From Candidatus Sericytochromatia bacterium (GTDB lineage Bacteria > Cyanobacteriota > Sericytochromatia > UBA7694), in contig JACYMC010000023.1 in assembly GCA_015272195.1 (NCBI GenBank), forward strand, positions 5,352 through 69,351: a stretch of DNA of 64,000 nucleotides, in the 5' to 3' direction. Below, in pieces: positions 55,550-64,000 of this stretch. Position 1 is the stretch's first letter. Each line of letters starts with the position of its first letter. Under the pieces are notes generated by a model. The model was not told the DNA's origin, made no database searches, and was given only the letters and a program-made list of their open reading frames with translations. Position numbers and translations under genes: made by a program.

Positions 55550-56758
55550 ATGAAACGCCGCCTCTTAGGAGCTGCAGCAGGTGCCCTGGGCGCCTGCGCC
55601 CTGTTTGAACTCTGGTTCCGTACCCGCGACACCAAACCCTGCATGATGCTGCCCGCCCACCGTCATCCCTGGCGGGTGCACCACTTTTCTGCCGAGCACC
55701 GGGTGTTTCGCACCAATATTCCCATTCGTAATTTCAGCAAGCGCTATGAGGCCACCGTGGTCGATCTGAAACCCAGCGTGCGGATGCTGGCCAAAAAAGT
55801 ATTGCCTGATCCCGCTGAATTAAAAGTTTCAGCCCAGGTGCGGCCCTGGCATAAAGAAACCCGCGAGGACGGCTACTGGCCGGCTTATATTCTGACCCCT
55901 CAGACCACTCTGGAATTTGAGCTCTCCGTCAGCTTTGAAGGCTCGCTTGAGCGCATGCAGGATATTCACGCCCTGGTGATCAGCCTCGACTACACCATTT
56001 ACTCCCGCCGCGAAAAACAGCACAAACACGAAGAAGTGATTCTGATTCCTGAACAGGGCCAGATCACCCAGCCAGACCCGGTGTCTGAAGGCAATATCAC
56101 CATTTTGCCCATCAAAACCCATGTGCTGACCGATGCCGACAACATGGCCGAAGTCGTCGCCAAATATGCTGGTCCTGTAGCTCAGCCCGATGATATTGTG
56201 GTGATGGCCGAAAGCGTGGTGGCCATTACCCAGCGCCGTTACCTGATACCCGATGAGCACGTTCAGCCCGGCTTCTGGGCCAAACGCCTCTGCTATCTGA
56301 TCCCCAATGTGGGTTCGCTGTCCTCGCGCTATGGCATGCAGTCAGCCATCAACGAGGTGGGCCTGCCCCGCATGCTGGCCGGCATGACCGTCGGGGCCCT
56401 GATGAAAGCCGTGGGCCAGCCCGGCTGGCTTTACCGCATTGCAGGCATGCCGTCTGAACTGGTGGATGACATCAGCGGTACCATGCCGCCCTATGACAAA
56501 TACATTGTGCTGGGCCCGGCCCACGCCCAGTCTGTGGTCAATGAGGTCAAAGCCCGCACCGGTCTTGACGCCGCCATTGCCGATGTCAACAACCTGCGCC
56601 GGGCCACCCTGATTGCCCACACCAAAGGCGTGGATCCCAAAGCCTTAACGGCCGCCCTGCTGAGCAATCCCATGGGCAATGCCGCTGAGCAGACCCCGCT
56701 GGCGCTGGTGCGCACCCAGCCCGCAGCTGTCGAAGCCGAATCCGAATCACCGGCATGA
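55550..56758 (+). CDS. Hypothetical protein; C-terminal half may be a CofE (F420-0:gamma-glutamyl ligase)-like domain
   Basis: 402 aa, N-terminal TM. 'DDIVVMAESVVAITQRRY' resembles the CofE fold's beta-strand/ligand region. Low-confidence family call. Confidence 0.35.
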   Translation: MKRRLLGAAAGALGACALFELWFRTRDTKPCMMLPAHRHPWRVHHFSAEHRVFRTNIPIRNFSKRYEATVVDLKPSVRMLAKKVLPDPAELKVSAQVRPWHKETREDGYWPAYILTPQTTLEFELSVSFEGSLERMQDIHALVISLDYTIYSRREKQHKHEEVILIPEQGQITQPDPVSEGNITILPIKTHVLTDADNMAEVVAKYAGPVAQPDDIVVMAESVVAITQRRYLIPDEHVQPGFWAKRLCYLIPNVGSLSSRYGMQSAINEVGLPRMLAGMTVGALMKAVGQPGWLYRIAGMPSELVDDISGTMPPYDKYIVLGPAHAQSVVNEVKARTGLDAAIADVNNLRRATLIAHTKGVDPKALTAALLSNPMGNAAEQTPLALVRTQPAAVEAESESPA

Positions 56759-57795
56759 AAACCCGGCAGGCCCGCAAACGCGATCTGGCCGGCGTCAAAG
56801 CCATCTTTGAGCTGGCCTTTACCGAAGAGTACCAACAGCGCGAGGTGAATATTGTGCAGCGCATTGACAAAATGCGCAGCCTTTACCCGCTGCTGAAAGT
56901 CCTCTCGCTCTTTCCCAATCCTTATCAGCATGTATTTACGGTGCATGTGGCCGAAGAAGATCGCCAGATTGCGGGCATGGCCCAGGTCTCACCGCGTAAC
57001 AGCCAGCAAAGCCGCTGGCACATCGACAACATTGCCATCCACCCGGATTTTCGGGGACGGGGTCTGGCCCAGCAGCTGCTCAACGATGTGTTTATGTTTT
57101 ATAACCAGCGTGGAGCCCAGCGCTTTACGCTGGAGGTGGATACCCGCAATCAGGCCGCCATCAAGCTTTATGAAAAACTGGGCTTCCGACGCTACTCCAC
57201 CCTGTTTTACTATAAGCTACCGCCACGGCAGCTGGGAACCTTTGCCAAACCCGAAGAACTGGTGATTCCCAAAGGCCTGCGTCTGCGCCAGGCCAAAGAT
57301 ACCGAAGCCGTCTGGAGCCTTTACCAGCAAGCGATTCCGCCCTACATTCGCCTGGTTGAGGATCGCCAGGCCGCAGACTTTGCGGTTGGCCCCTTACAAC
57401 AAGGTGCGGAGTGGCTAAAAAAACGCCTCAAGCGCTCCGAATCAATGCACTGGGTGATTGAAGACAGCCAGCGCCAATGTCTGGTGGCCAGTCTGGATCT
57501 TTACGCCCAGCTGCATAGCCTGCCCCATGTGATTCAGATGACCGTGCATCCGGCCTATGGCGATCTGGCCGATCCGCTTTTGCGCTTTGCCCTGCATCAG
57601 GCGGCTGAGGTCAGCATCAATCCAGTCCTGATTGGGGCTTATGAGTGCCAGCGGGCCAAGCTGGATGCCTGCAAAGCGGCAGGCTTTAAAAAGCTGACGG
57701 CTGATTTTTTAATGGTCAAAGACAGCCTTGAACATCTTGTACTTCCTGCGGCGCAGGAAGTCCAGATGCTCAACAGCATGCGATTTGACATTTAA
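56755..57795 (+). CDS. GNAT family N-acetyltransferase (two-domain)
   Basis: Motif A 'IAIHPDFRGRGLAQQLL' and 'LEVDTRNQAAIKLYEKLGF'. Overlaps the upstream stop (ATGA). Confidence 0.7.
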   Translation: MKTRQARKRDLAGVKAIFELAFTEEYQQREVNIVQRIDKMRSLYPLLKVLSLFPNPYQHVFTVHVAEEDRQIAGMAQVSPRNSQQSRWHIDNIAIHPDFRGRGLAQQLLNDVFMFYNQRGAQRFTLEVDTRNQAAIKLYEKLGFRRYSTLFYYKLPPRQLGTFAKPEELVIPKGLRLRQAKDTEAVWSLYQQAIPPYIRLVEDRQAADFAVGPLQQGAEWLKKRLKRSESMHWVIEDSQRQCLVASLDLYAQLHSLPHVIQMTVHPAYGDLADPLLRFALHQAAEVSINPVLIGAYECQRAKLDACKAAGFKKLTADFLMVKDSLEHLVLPAAQEVQMLNSMRFDI

Positions 57796-57807
57796 AGCAC
57801 ACCGAGC

Positions 57808-58104
57808 TTAAGGTGCTGCAGGGCTTTCTTCGGCAGGAATCCGAATCTGGCTGGGTACGGGTGTGGGGGTTCCCCGCATTTCAATGCCCCGGCTGCTGGC
57901 GTCTTCAAGGCGCCGCTCCATCTGACGCTCAAACTGCTGCATAGGTTTATCGGTCCGCTGGCGGATTTCCTGGGCCCGTTCAGGAATCGACTTTTCATAG
58001 GTCGGATCCTGAAGCTGGGGCCGGTTATAATACCACCAGGCATAAGCAGAGAGACCGCCCAGAATTGCGATAAAAATCAAAAAACCTTTGATGCTGGCAC
58101 TCAT
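57808..58104 (-). CDS. Small membrane-anchored protein (98 aa)
   Basis: N-terminal TM 'FLIFIAILGGLSAYAWWYY', charged C-terminal region. Confidence 0.4.
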   Translation of the reverse strand: MSASIKGFLIFIAILGGLSAYAWWYYNRPQLQDPTYEKSIPERAQEIRQRTDKPMQQFERQMERRLEDASSRGIEMRGTPTPVPSQIRIPAEESPAAP

Positions 58105-58192
58105 GTGTATCCTCCAGGCTTCAGCAGGCCATTGGCTGACGTATCTTGTTGACTGTTTTTAAATTATCGCATTAATCCGCCCGATTGGACAG

Positions 58193-60373
58193 TTAGCGCA
58201 CCTGCTTCTCTCTGGCAAGCTGGCACAGGACCTCCGCCAACTCAGCCACGGTACGCTCCTGGGCAAAGAGCTGGTCCTGCTTTGCCGCAATCGCCTGCCG
58301 CAAAGGGCAAACTGCCGGATCGCGCCGGGCAATGGCGAGCGCCAGCTGTACATAATGCGCCGGATCACGGGCCAGGGCATCGTGCAGCTGCATCTGCAGA
58401 TAACGCCCCGCACACAGGCGGCTGCGGGCACTGTCACCCGGCAGGGTCACGATCGGCAAGCCCAGGCTCAGGGCATCATCGGTGGTTTGCCCGCCACTGT
58501 AAAAAAATGGATCCAGTACCACCTGGGCCTGCTGCAAGACCTGTAAATAGCGTTCACGGGACATCAGGGGCAGCCAGTGAATCCGCTCTGAGACCGTTGC
58601 AAACAGACGCTGAGCTCGTTGCGTCACCCATGGGGAGCGGCTTTGCAGTAACAGAATCTGTGCCTCCGGGTCCTGACGGACAATCGCCTGCAAAGCTTCA
58701 GCAAATCCCGGACTGAGTTTAAGGGGGTTTTGCAGGCAGACATAAAGACGTCCCACAGGCAAATGTAAGTCTTCATCAGCAGCGGGAGGCGGCGCTGTTT
58801 TAACCAGCCAGCCCGGCAGGGTTTCAAGACAGATCAGCTGTTCGCTGTAATGGTTCTGGGCATCCGGGGGTTCAAGCAGGGTACTCGAAAGATAATAGTC
58901 CAGGGTGGGCAGGCCAGTGCTCACAGGGGTCCCCCAGGACGTCAGCTGAACCGGGGCGGGGTTTAATAAAGGCAAGAAGGCGTTGCGGCTGTCACTGCCC
59001 ACTTCCCAGTGATACAGAATATCCACCCCTGCCTGTTGAATCTGCGCGGCCAGACCTGTCAGGGTTGCAGCAGGCAACTGGACGCTGGCCGCTGGATAAC
59101 GCGACAGAATGGGATCGGGCTTGCAAAAAAACGTCACCTGAATCTGGTGCGCTGTCAAGGCCTGCAACAGGCCCAGGGCGAGCTGGCAAAAAATACCCTC
59201 ATGTCGGGCGGTGACCACCACGCCAAGATGCAGCAAATTCTGTGGATTCCAGGGCTTTACAGGAAAATGTGGCGGTGTTTCAGGCCGGGCAAAACAGGCC
59301 GCGTAGGCCTGTTTGTACTGCAGCAGGTTGCCACGCGTAAAATAGGCCAGATGCCAGAGGGTGTCGATATTCAGCCAGAACCCGTCCTGCAGATATCTGA
59401 ACGGTGCCAGCGGCTGCTGGCGTTGCAGCGCCAGGATCTGCGCCAGATGGTCCAGATATTTTTGCTGGGCCTCAGGCGCTTCAGCAAACCAGATCTCAGG
59501 ATGACCAATAGCAGCCACAAATTGCCAGAGCGGGTCGGATCGGGTTTGCAAGGCCTGGGCATAGCAGGCATTGGCTGCCTCCAGATTGCCCTGCCAGCCA
59601 GCCAGCCGTCCCAGCAGCATCTGCAGCTCTGCTTTAAAAGCCACCTGTGGCAGCCCCTGTCGAAGGGTCTGTTCAGCCAGGTCCAGCTGGCCTGCCTCCA
59701 GCTGCAGACAGCTCAGATCACGCCAGGCTTCATGCTGCTGAGGCCAGGCCGCACACAGGCGCTGCAGCACCTGAATCGCAGCCGGCGCATCTCCCTGAAG
59801 CAAAGCCAGGCGGCTCTGCAGCAGCAAGGCGGGATAATATTGTGGGACCAGGGCCAGGCAACGCGCCAGACTGATCCGGGCAGCCGGGTACTGCCCCTGG
59901 CTGAGCTGCAGGCTGGCCAGATTGCTCCAGGCTTCGGGCAGATTGGCCTCTAACTGCAGGGCGCGGGCATAAGCCGCTGCGGCCGCTTCAGCATCCAGCT
60001 GCCGCGCCCGGGCCCAGCCCAGATTACTCCAGAGGCCCGCCTCATCGGGCGCATACTGTAAAGCCTGTTCAAAAGCCTGCTGAGCGGCCGGCCATTGCTC
60101 ACAGGCCAGCCAGATATTGCCCAGCATCAGCCAGTAAAACGCAGACTCTGGCTCCTGCTGCAGGCGCGCACGCACAAGGTTTAAGGCCTGCTGAAACTCA
60201 CCCTGACTGACCAGACGCTGAATCTGCTGGCTCCACCGCATCTGTTCCTGCACCCCATACCTCCTGCACAGCCCTGCTTCATTGTTAATGCAAAGCAGGA
60301 CTTTGCGCAAGCGTTCGCTCTGGCTGGCTGCGCCCAAATAGGTAGTGTTATGATAAAAGACATGCCGAGTCAA
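58193..60373 (-). CDS. TPR repeat protein with a C-terminal GT41 (OGT/SPINDLY-like) glycosyltransferase domain; third paralogue. True start is probably the internal Met near 60238
   Basis: 'LDYYLSSTLLEPPDAQNHYSEQLICLETLP...QNPLKLSPGF...LDPFFYSGGQTTDDALSLGLPIVT'. The listed start overlaps the divergent gene's start. Confidence 0.65.
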   Translation of the reverse strand: MTRHVFYHNTTYLGAASQSERLRKVLLCINNEAGLCRRYGVQEQMRWSQQIQRLVSQGEFQQALNLVRARLQQEPESAFYWLMLGNIWLACEQWPAAQQAFEQALQYAPDEAGLWSNLGWARARQLDAEAAAAAYARALQLEANLPEAWSNLASLQLSQGQYPAARISLARCLALVPQYYPALLLQSRLALLQGDAPAAIQVLQRLCAAWPQQHEAWRDLSCLQLEAGQLDLAEQTLRQGLPQVAFKAELQMLLGRLAGWQGNLEAANACYAQALQTRSDPLWQFVAAIGHPEIWFAEAPEAQQKYLDHLAQILALQRQQPLAPFRYLQDGFWLNIDTLWHLAYFTRGNLLQYKQAYAACFARPETPPHFPVKPWNPQNLLHLGVVVTARHEGIFCQLALGLLQALTAHQIQVTFFCKPDPILSRYPAASVQLPAATLTGLAAQIQQAGVDILYHWEVGSDSRNAFLPLLNPAPVQLTSWGTPVSTGLPTLDYYLSSTLLEPPDAQNHYSEQLICLETLPGWLVKTAPPPAADEDLHLPVGRLYVCLQNPLKLSPGFAEALQAIVRQDPEAQILLLQSRSPWVTQRAQRLFATVSERIHWLPLMSRERYLQVLQQAQVVLDPFFYSGGQTTDDALSLGLPIVTLPGDSARSRLCAGRYLQMQLHDALARDPAHYVQLALAIARRDPAVCPLRQAIAAKQDQLFAQERTVAELAEVLCQLAREKQVR

Positions 60374-61699
60374 TCTGTTCCCTTACTGTCTGTGGCGGCC
60401 TTTTCTGATGCCAGCAGCCTGGACGCCCTGCCGTTTTTTTTGCTGGGTCTGCGCCAGCAGGATCTCGCGCCTGAAGCCTGGGAGCTGCACTGGTGTCATC
60501 GTGGGCCTGCTGAAGGGCTGCAGGACCTGCTGCAGCGCTTTGAAAGCCAGACCGGGGCGTGCCTGCAGCAACAGCTGCACTGCTTTCCCGCAGAAACGAG
60601 CATGGCAGAAATGCTGAATCCGCTCTATGACCAGCTGCAGGGCCAGGCCCTCTTATTGCTGGACAGCACTTTTCAGCCCCACAACAGCTTATTAAAACAG
60701 CATCTGGACTTTCAGAGCGCACAGGCTTACAGCGCGCTGGGTGTTGGCAGCAGCCAGTTTCATCCTGAACAGGCCCTGACCCTGCTGGGCCTGGCAGTTC
60801 AGCAAAATCAGCTGCTATTTAACTTTTACCCGATAGAACAGGATTACCAGCTGAGCTATACAGCAACCCGCTTTCATAACCTCAGCCTGCCGCGCAAAGC
60901 CTGGCTCCCGATAGAGCCGGGCTTTCAGTCGCTGCGCTTCGGCGGCTGGGATCTGGGTCTGCGCTGCTGGCGCGCAGGCCTGCGGCCCTGGCCCCTGCCC
61001 CTGGCACGCAGCTGCGCCAGTACCCTGTACCCCCTCGACAGCCTGGTGCTGAACTGGCAAAACGATTGCCAGCAAGACCTGGCAAGCTTCTTGAACAAAC
61101 ACCCCTTTCCCATGCCCAGCTTAAAACTGGCCTGGCCCCAGCCAGACCTGCAGCTGCCTGATCTGCAGACGCTCAAAGGCCTGAAAAACACCCTGGCGCA
61201 GCAACAACATCGCTACTGTGTGCCCATTGAGCCGGGCGATAAGCAAGATCAGTTCCTCCAGCAATGGAGCCAGCAGCTGGCTGTTCTGTGGCGTGGGCTG
61301 GCACTGCACAGCCTGCACAATCAAAAGCCAGCCAGGCTACGCTGGGGATTCCCATTCCCCTGGCAAGGGCTGCAAAACCCCGATCCCGGCAGCCTCTGGC
61401 AGGTGATTGCCGCGCACTGTCCTGAAGCACAAAGCGATCTGAACAAAAGCAGTGAGCCCCCACCGCACCAGCTGGCGGCTATTCAATGCCCGGAAGGCCC
61501 CTTTGATCTGCGGCTCAGACAGTTTCTGGCCCTCACAGACCACCTCCAGCCGGGCTGTCTGATGCTGATGCACGGGCAACAGCAGCCCCAGATGCAGCGC
61601 CTGGCCGCCCTGATCCAACAGGCTTACCCCTGGTTTGCTCTCGAACAATGGCACGAATCCATCCTGCTCTGTTATCTGGGAAGCGATGCAGTCGCTTGA
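60350..61699 (+). CDS. Hypothetical protein, Gln/Leu/Pro/Trp-rich (possibly glycosyltransferase-associated)
   Basis: 449 aa ORF divergent from the OGT-like gene. Stop overlaps the next gene (ATGCAGTCGCTTGA). Confidence 0.4.
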   Translation: MIKDMPSQSVPLLSVAAFSDASSLDALPFFLLGLRQQDLAPEAWELHWCHRGPAEGLQDLLQRFESQTGACLQQQLHCFPAETSMAEMLNPLYDQLQGQALLLLDSTFQPHNSLLKQHLDFQSAQAYSALGVGSSQFHPEQALTLLGLAVQQNQLLFNFYPIEQDYQLSYTATRFHNLSLPRKAWLPIEPGFQSLRFGGWDLGLRCWRAGLRPWPLPLARSCASTLYPLDSLVLNWQNDCQQDLASFLNKHPFPMPSLKLAWPQPDLQLPDLQTLKGLKNTLAQQQHRYCVPIEPGDKQDQFLQQWSQQLAVLWRGLALHSLHNQKPARLRWGFPFPWQGLQNPDPGSLWQVIAAHCPEAQSDLNKSSEPPPHQLAAIQCPEGPFDLRLRQFLALTDHLQPGCLMLMHGQQQPQMQRLAALIQQAYPWFALEQWHESILLCYLGSDAVA

Positions 61700-63629
61700 T
61701 TTGCCCTACCGCATTCTCTATGGACCCTGTTACTCGGGGTCTTTGCTGGGACGCCTGCAGGCCTCCCCCCAGATCAAAACCTTCAACAGCCAGCGCCATA
61801 TCTGGGTCACCCAAATTCATCAGACCGTGCCCCTGGAAGCCGACATTTATTATGACCCCAGAGAAGCCTGCTTTGCGGATATTCTGAAGCAGCTGCCACC
61901 CGACTGGGCGCCCGACATTGTAATCTGGTCCTGTCTGGCCGGCACACCCCTGCCGCCGGGCATTGAAGAGAGCCCCTTTCCGACCCTGGGGGTGATCCAT
62001 GACTGGCCGCTGAATTTACAGGCCTGTCTGGATTATGTGGAGGCCTTTGACTTTGTGGTCGGCGACCGGGCGTTTTTGCAGATTCTGCAGCAACAGGGCT
62101 TTGAAAACTGTGCCTGGTGGCCCTGCTATGCCCATGACCCGCTCAACCACTACCTGATGCCGGGTCTGGCGCGCGTTTACGATATCACCTTTGCCGGCAA
62201 AATCTGCTATCACTACCACAGGGAGCGCAACACCTGGCTGGAGCGTCTCAGCGCCCTGTCCGATCGCTACCGGGTCATGATCAGCGATCAGCATTATGAC
62301 CAGGACTACACCCGCCTGCTGAACCAGAGCAAAATTGTGTTTAACCGCAGCATTCGCGGCGAAATGAACATGCGCACCTATGAGGCTGCCGCCTGCGGGG
62401 CCCTGGTGTTTATCGAAGAAGACAATCTGGAGATCGGCGACTTTCTGGAAGACGGGGTCTCCTGCGTGCTGTATAACAGCGACAACCTGGAGCACAAGCT
62501 GGCGCACTACCTCGAAAACCCTGAACTCAGGCAGCAGGTGGCTGCTGCCGGCGTGCAGGCCATTGCCCGGCACACGCCAGAGCGGCAGTTTGCGCGCTTA
62601 ATGGACATCATTCCGCGGGTCCAGGCCGTGTTTGCCGCCCGCAGACAGCGGCCTTTTCAGCAGGCGCCACCGGACCACAAAGCCCTGGTTCAGGCCCGCC
62701 AGCTCTCGCGCATGGAGCCCGGACGGGCCGTTCAGATTCTGCAAGCGGCTCAGCAAGGCTCCCTGAATGCCGAGGACGCCGAAAGCCGCTTAAGATTACA
62801 GGCCATGCAGGTGGCGGTCAGCCTGTATCGCTTTGGCAACGGTACATCTCTGGTCGAACTCAGTCCGCCGACAACCGCTGAGCTGGCTCAGCTCCAGATT
62901 CTGACGCGAGCGGCCAGAGATCTGCCAGAAGGCATCTGGCACTGCTATAATCTGGCCTGCCTGCAAACGCGCATGCAGCAGTTTGCCCCGGCTCTGGAGC
63001 TGTGGCAGGCCCTGCTGCCCGCGCTCCAGCAGCAGCCCATCACCCGTGAGCAGCTGAGCCAGGTGCTGTTTTTGCCGCGCGGCAAAGAGGCCCTGCATGA
63101 AATGATTTATCTCTGGGACAGCACCTGCGCACAGGTGCTGACAGGCAAAGCAGAACCCCAGGCCCTCAATCGGCTGCTGCTCTGGCAGGCCTGGGAACAT
63201 ATGGGGTATTGTTATGCTTACTTAAACGCCCCGGAGCAAGCCGTTCAGGCTTTACTCAAAGCTGAAAGCTATATGCCCTTTCCCGGCAGTCGCTTTATTT
63301 ATATCCCCCTGATTCGCCTGATGCAGCAGTTAAAATACCCCCTGCAGGATCTGGCCGCCGTTTTGCAGCGGGCCGTGGCCGGCCTGGGCCTGCTGGAAGA
63401 GTTTCGCCGCGACGAGATTCTGGCGCTGCAGCAGCTGCAGCTGCCAGAGCTGGAAGAGCGCCTGAGAGCTTACACCCGCCTGATCAGCAGCTGTGAAGGC
63501 GCAGCCATTCCCAAAAGCGTGCCCCAGACCGGCATGAAATCCGTCATGCTTTGGTTTGCGCTTTCACTTCAGCGTCATCTCAGCTGGCAGGCCCTGAGCG
63601 GGCCGTCAGAAAGCGCCAGTGCCCGCTGA
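61686..63629 (+). CDS. CgeB/DUF3880-like glycosyltransferase (GT1-like C-terminal half) with a helical TPR-like tail
   Basis: 'IVFNRSIRGEMNMRTYEAAACGALVFIEEDN...GVSCVLYNSDNLEHKLAHYLENPELRQQVAAAGVQAI' matches GT-B C-terminal donor-binding motifs (E..A.G). Confidence 0.55.
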   Translation: MQSLDLPYRILYGPCYSGSLLGRLQASPQIKTFNSQRHIWVTQIHQTVPLEADIYYDPREACFADILKQLPPDWAPDIVIWSCLAGTPLPPGIEESPFPTLGVIHDWPLNLQACLDYVEAFDFVVGDRAFLQILQQQGFENCAWWPCYAHDPLNHYLMPGLARVYDITFAGKICYHYHRERNTWLERLSALSDRYRVMISDQHYDQDYTRLLNQSKIVFNRSIRGEMNMRTYEAAACGALVFIEEDNLEIGDFLEDGVSCVLYNSDNLEHKLAHYLENPELRQQVAAAGVQAIARHTPERQFARLMDIIPRVQAVFAARRQRPFQQAPPDHKALVQARQLSRMEPGRAVQILQAAQQGSLNAEDAESRLRLQAMQVAVSLYRFGNGTSLVELSPPTTAELAQLQILTRAARDLPEGIWHCYNLACLQTRMQQFAPALELWQALLPALQQQPITREQLSQVLFLPRGKEALHEMIYLWDSTCAQVLTGKAEPQALNRLLLWQAWEHMGYCYAYLNAPEQAVQALLKAESYMPFPGSRFIYIPLIRLMQQLKYPLQDLAAVLQRAVAGLGLLEEFRRDEILALQQLQLPELEERLRAYTRLISSCEGAAIPKSVPQTGMKSVMLWFALSLQRHLSWQALSGPSESASAR

Positions 63630-64000
63630 GATCCCGCAGCAGCTGCAGTTCATGCCACAGCGGTGCGTTGAACAGGGCCGCCGTTTGCTGTGCCAGCGGG
63701 GCTTCCAGCTCCAACCAGAGCTGCCCGCCCAGCCTGAGATACGCTGCCGCCTCAGCGGCAAAGCATCGGTAAAAATGCAGGGCATCCGGGCCCGGTGTCA
63801 GGGCCAGCTGGGGCTCAAAGTCGCGGACCTCCGGGGCCAGGCCCGCAATGTTCTGCTGTGGGATATAAGGCGGATTGGAAATCAGGGCCTCAAAAGGCGC
63901 GTAAGGTCTGAGGGGTTCCAGCGTGTCACCGCTTAAAAACTGAATGTTTAAGCCCAGGGCTTCAGCGTTGGCACGGGCCTGCGCCAGAGCATCTGCTGAA
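63580..64000 (-). CDS. prmC: Release-factor glutamine N5-methyltransferase (PrmC/HemK), C-terminal part; the N-terminus lies beyond the window
   Basis: Minus-strand reading frame, open to the window edge, encodes '...ISNPPYIPQQNIAGLAPEVRDFEPQLALTPGPDAL...' with the diagnostic NPPY motif. Stop (TGA) falls at 63580-63582. Confidence 0.6.
   Translation of the reverse strand, partial: SADALAQARANAEALGLNIQFLSGDTLEPLRPYAPFEALISNPPYIPQQNIAGLAPEVRDFEPQLALTPGPDALHFYRCFAAEAAAYLRLGGQLWLELEAPLAQQTAALFNAPLWHELQLLRDLSGHWRFLTARSGPAS

Noticed and set aside
60238-60373. 5'-5' overlap of divergent genes 58193..60373(-) and 60350..61699(+)
   Set aside because: Most likely the minus-strand gene starts at the internal Met (MRWSQQ...) near 60238, which removes the overlap. 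Treated as a start-codon call issue, not a biological overlap.

Overview
This 64-kb window looks like a chromosomal segment from a high-GC diderm bacterium (GC judged by eye, not computed). It carries about 55 genes at high coding density, and I could not identify the taxon. Recognisable content: a KAS III-like condensing enzyme and an ATP-grasp protein followed by a tail-less FtsZ homologue; an Slt-family lytic transglycosylase; mlaE; a type IV pilus assembly cluster pilD, pilM, pilN, pilO, pilP-like, pilQ with no pilin or ATPase genes; an isolated sucD; uvrA, uvrC, lysA, miaA, a partial prmC, glutathione peroxidase, an FMN reductase, a DHH phosphoesterase, a GNAT, an M23 peptidase, a rhodanese lipoprotein and an EF-hand protein. 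An RNase P RNA gene (rnpB, type A) at about 39666..40052 is not in the ORF track. There are three paralogous TPR + GT41 (SPINDLY/OGT-like) glycosyltransferases plus GT4 and CgeB-like glycosyltransferases. The centrepiece is a roughly 13-kb co-directional minus-strand operon (16656..29949) of proteins I cannot match to any family: two giant low-complexity proteins (1181 and 1559 aa), two tandem paralogues (332 and 391 aa), small coiled-coil proteins and a TPR protein. The four larger proteins share an N-terminal helical motif ([F/Y]-x-[E/Q]-Y-R-A-x-[L/M]-x-x-R). Three of them also share a C-terminal aromatic motif. That architecture (conserved termini, hypervariable middle, very different sizes) resembles the flagellar axial protein family, yet nothing matches flagellar or phage signatures and none has a signal peptide. 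I propose it as a candidate undescribed filament or macromolecular assembly system, possibly glycosylated by the neighbouring OGT-like enzymes. No CRISPR arrays, IS elements, integrases or tRNAs were seen.
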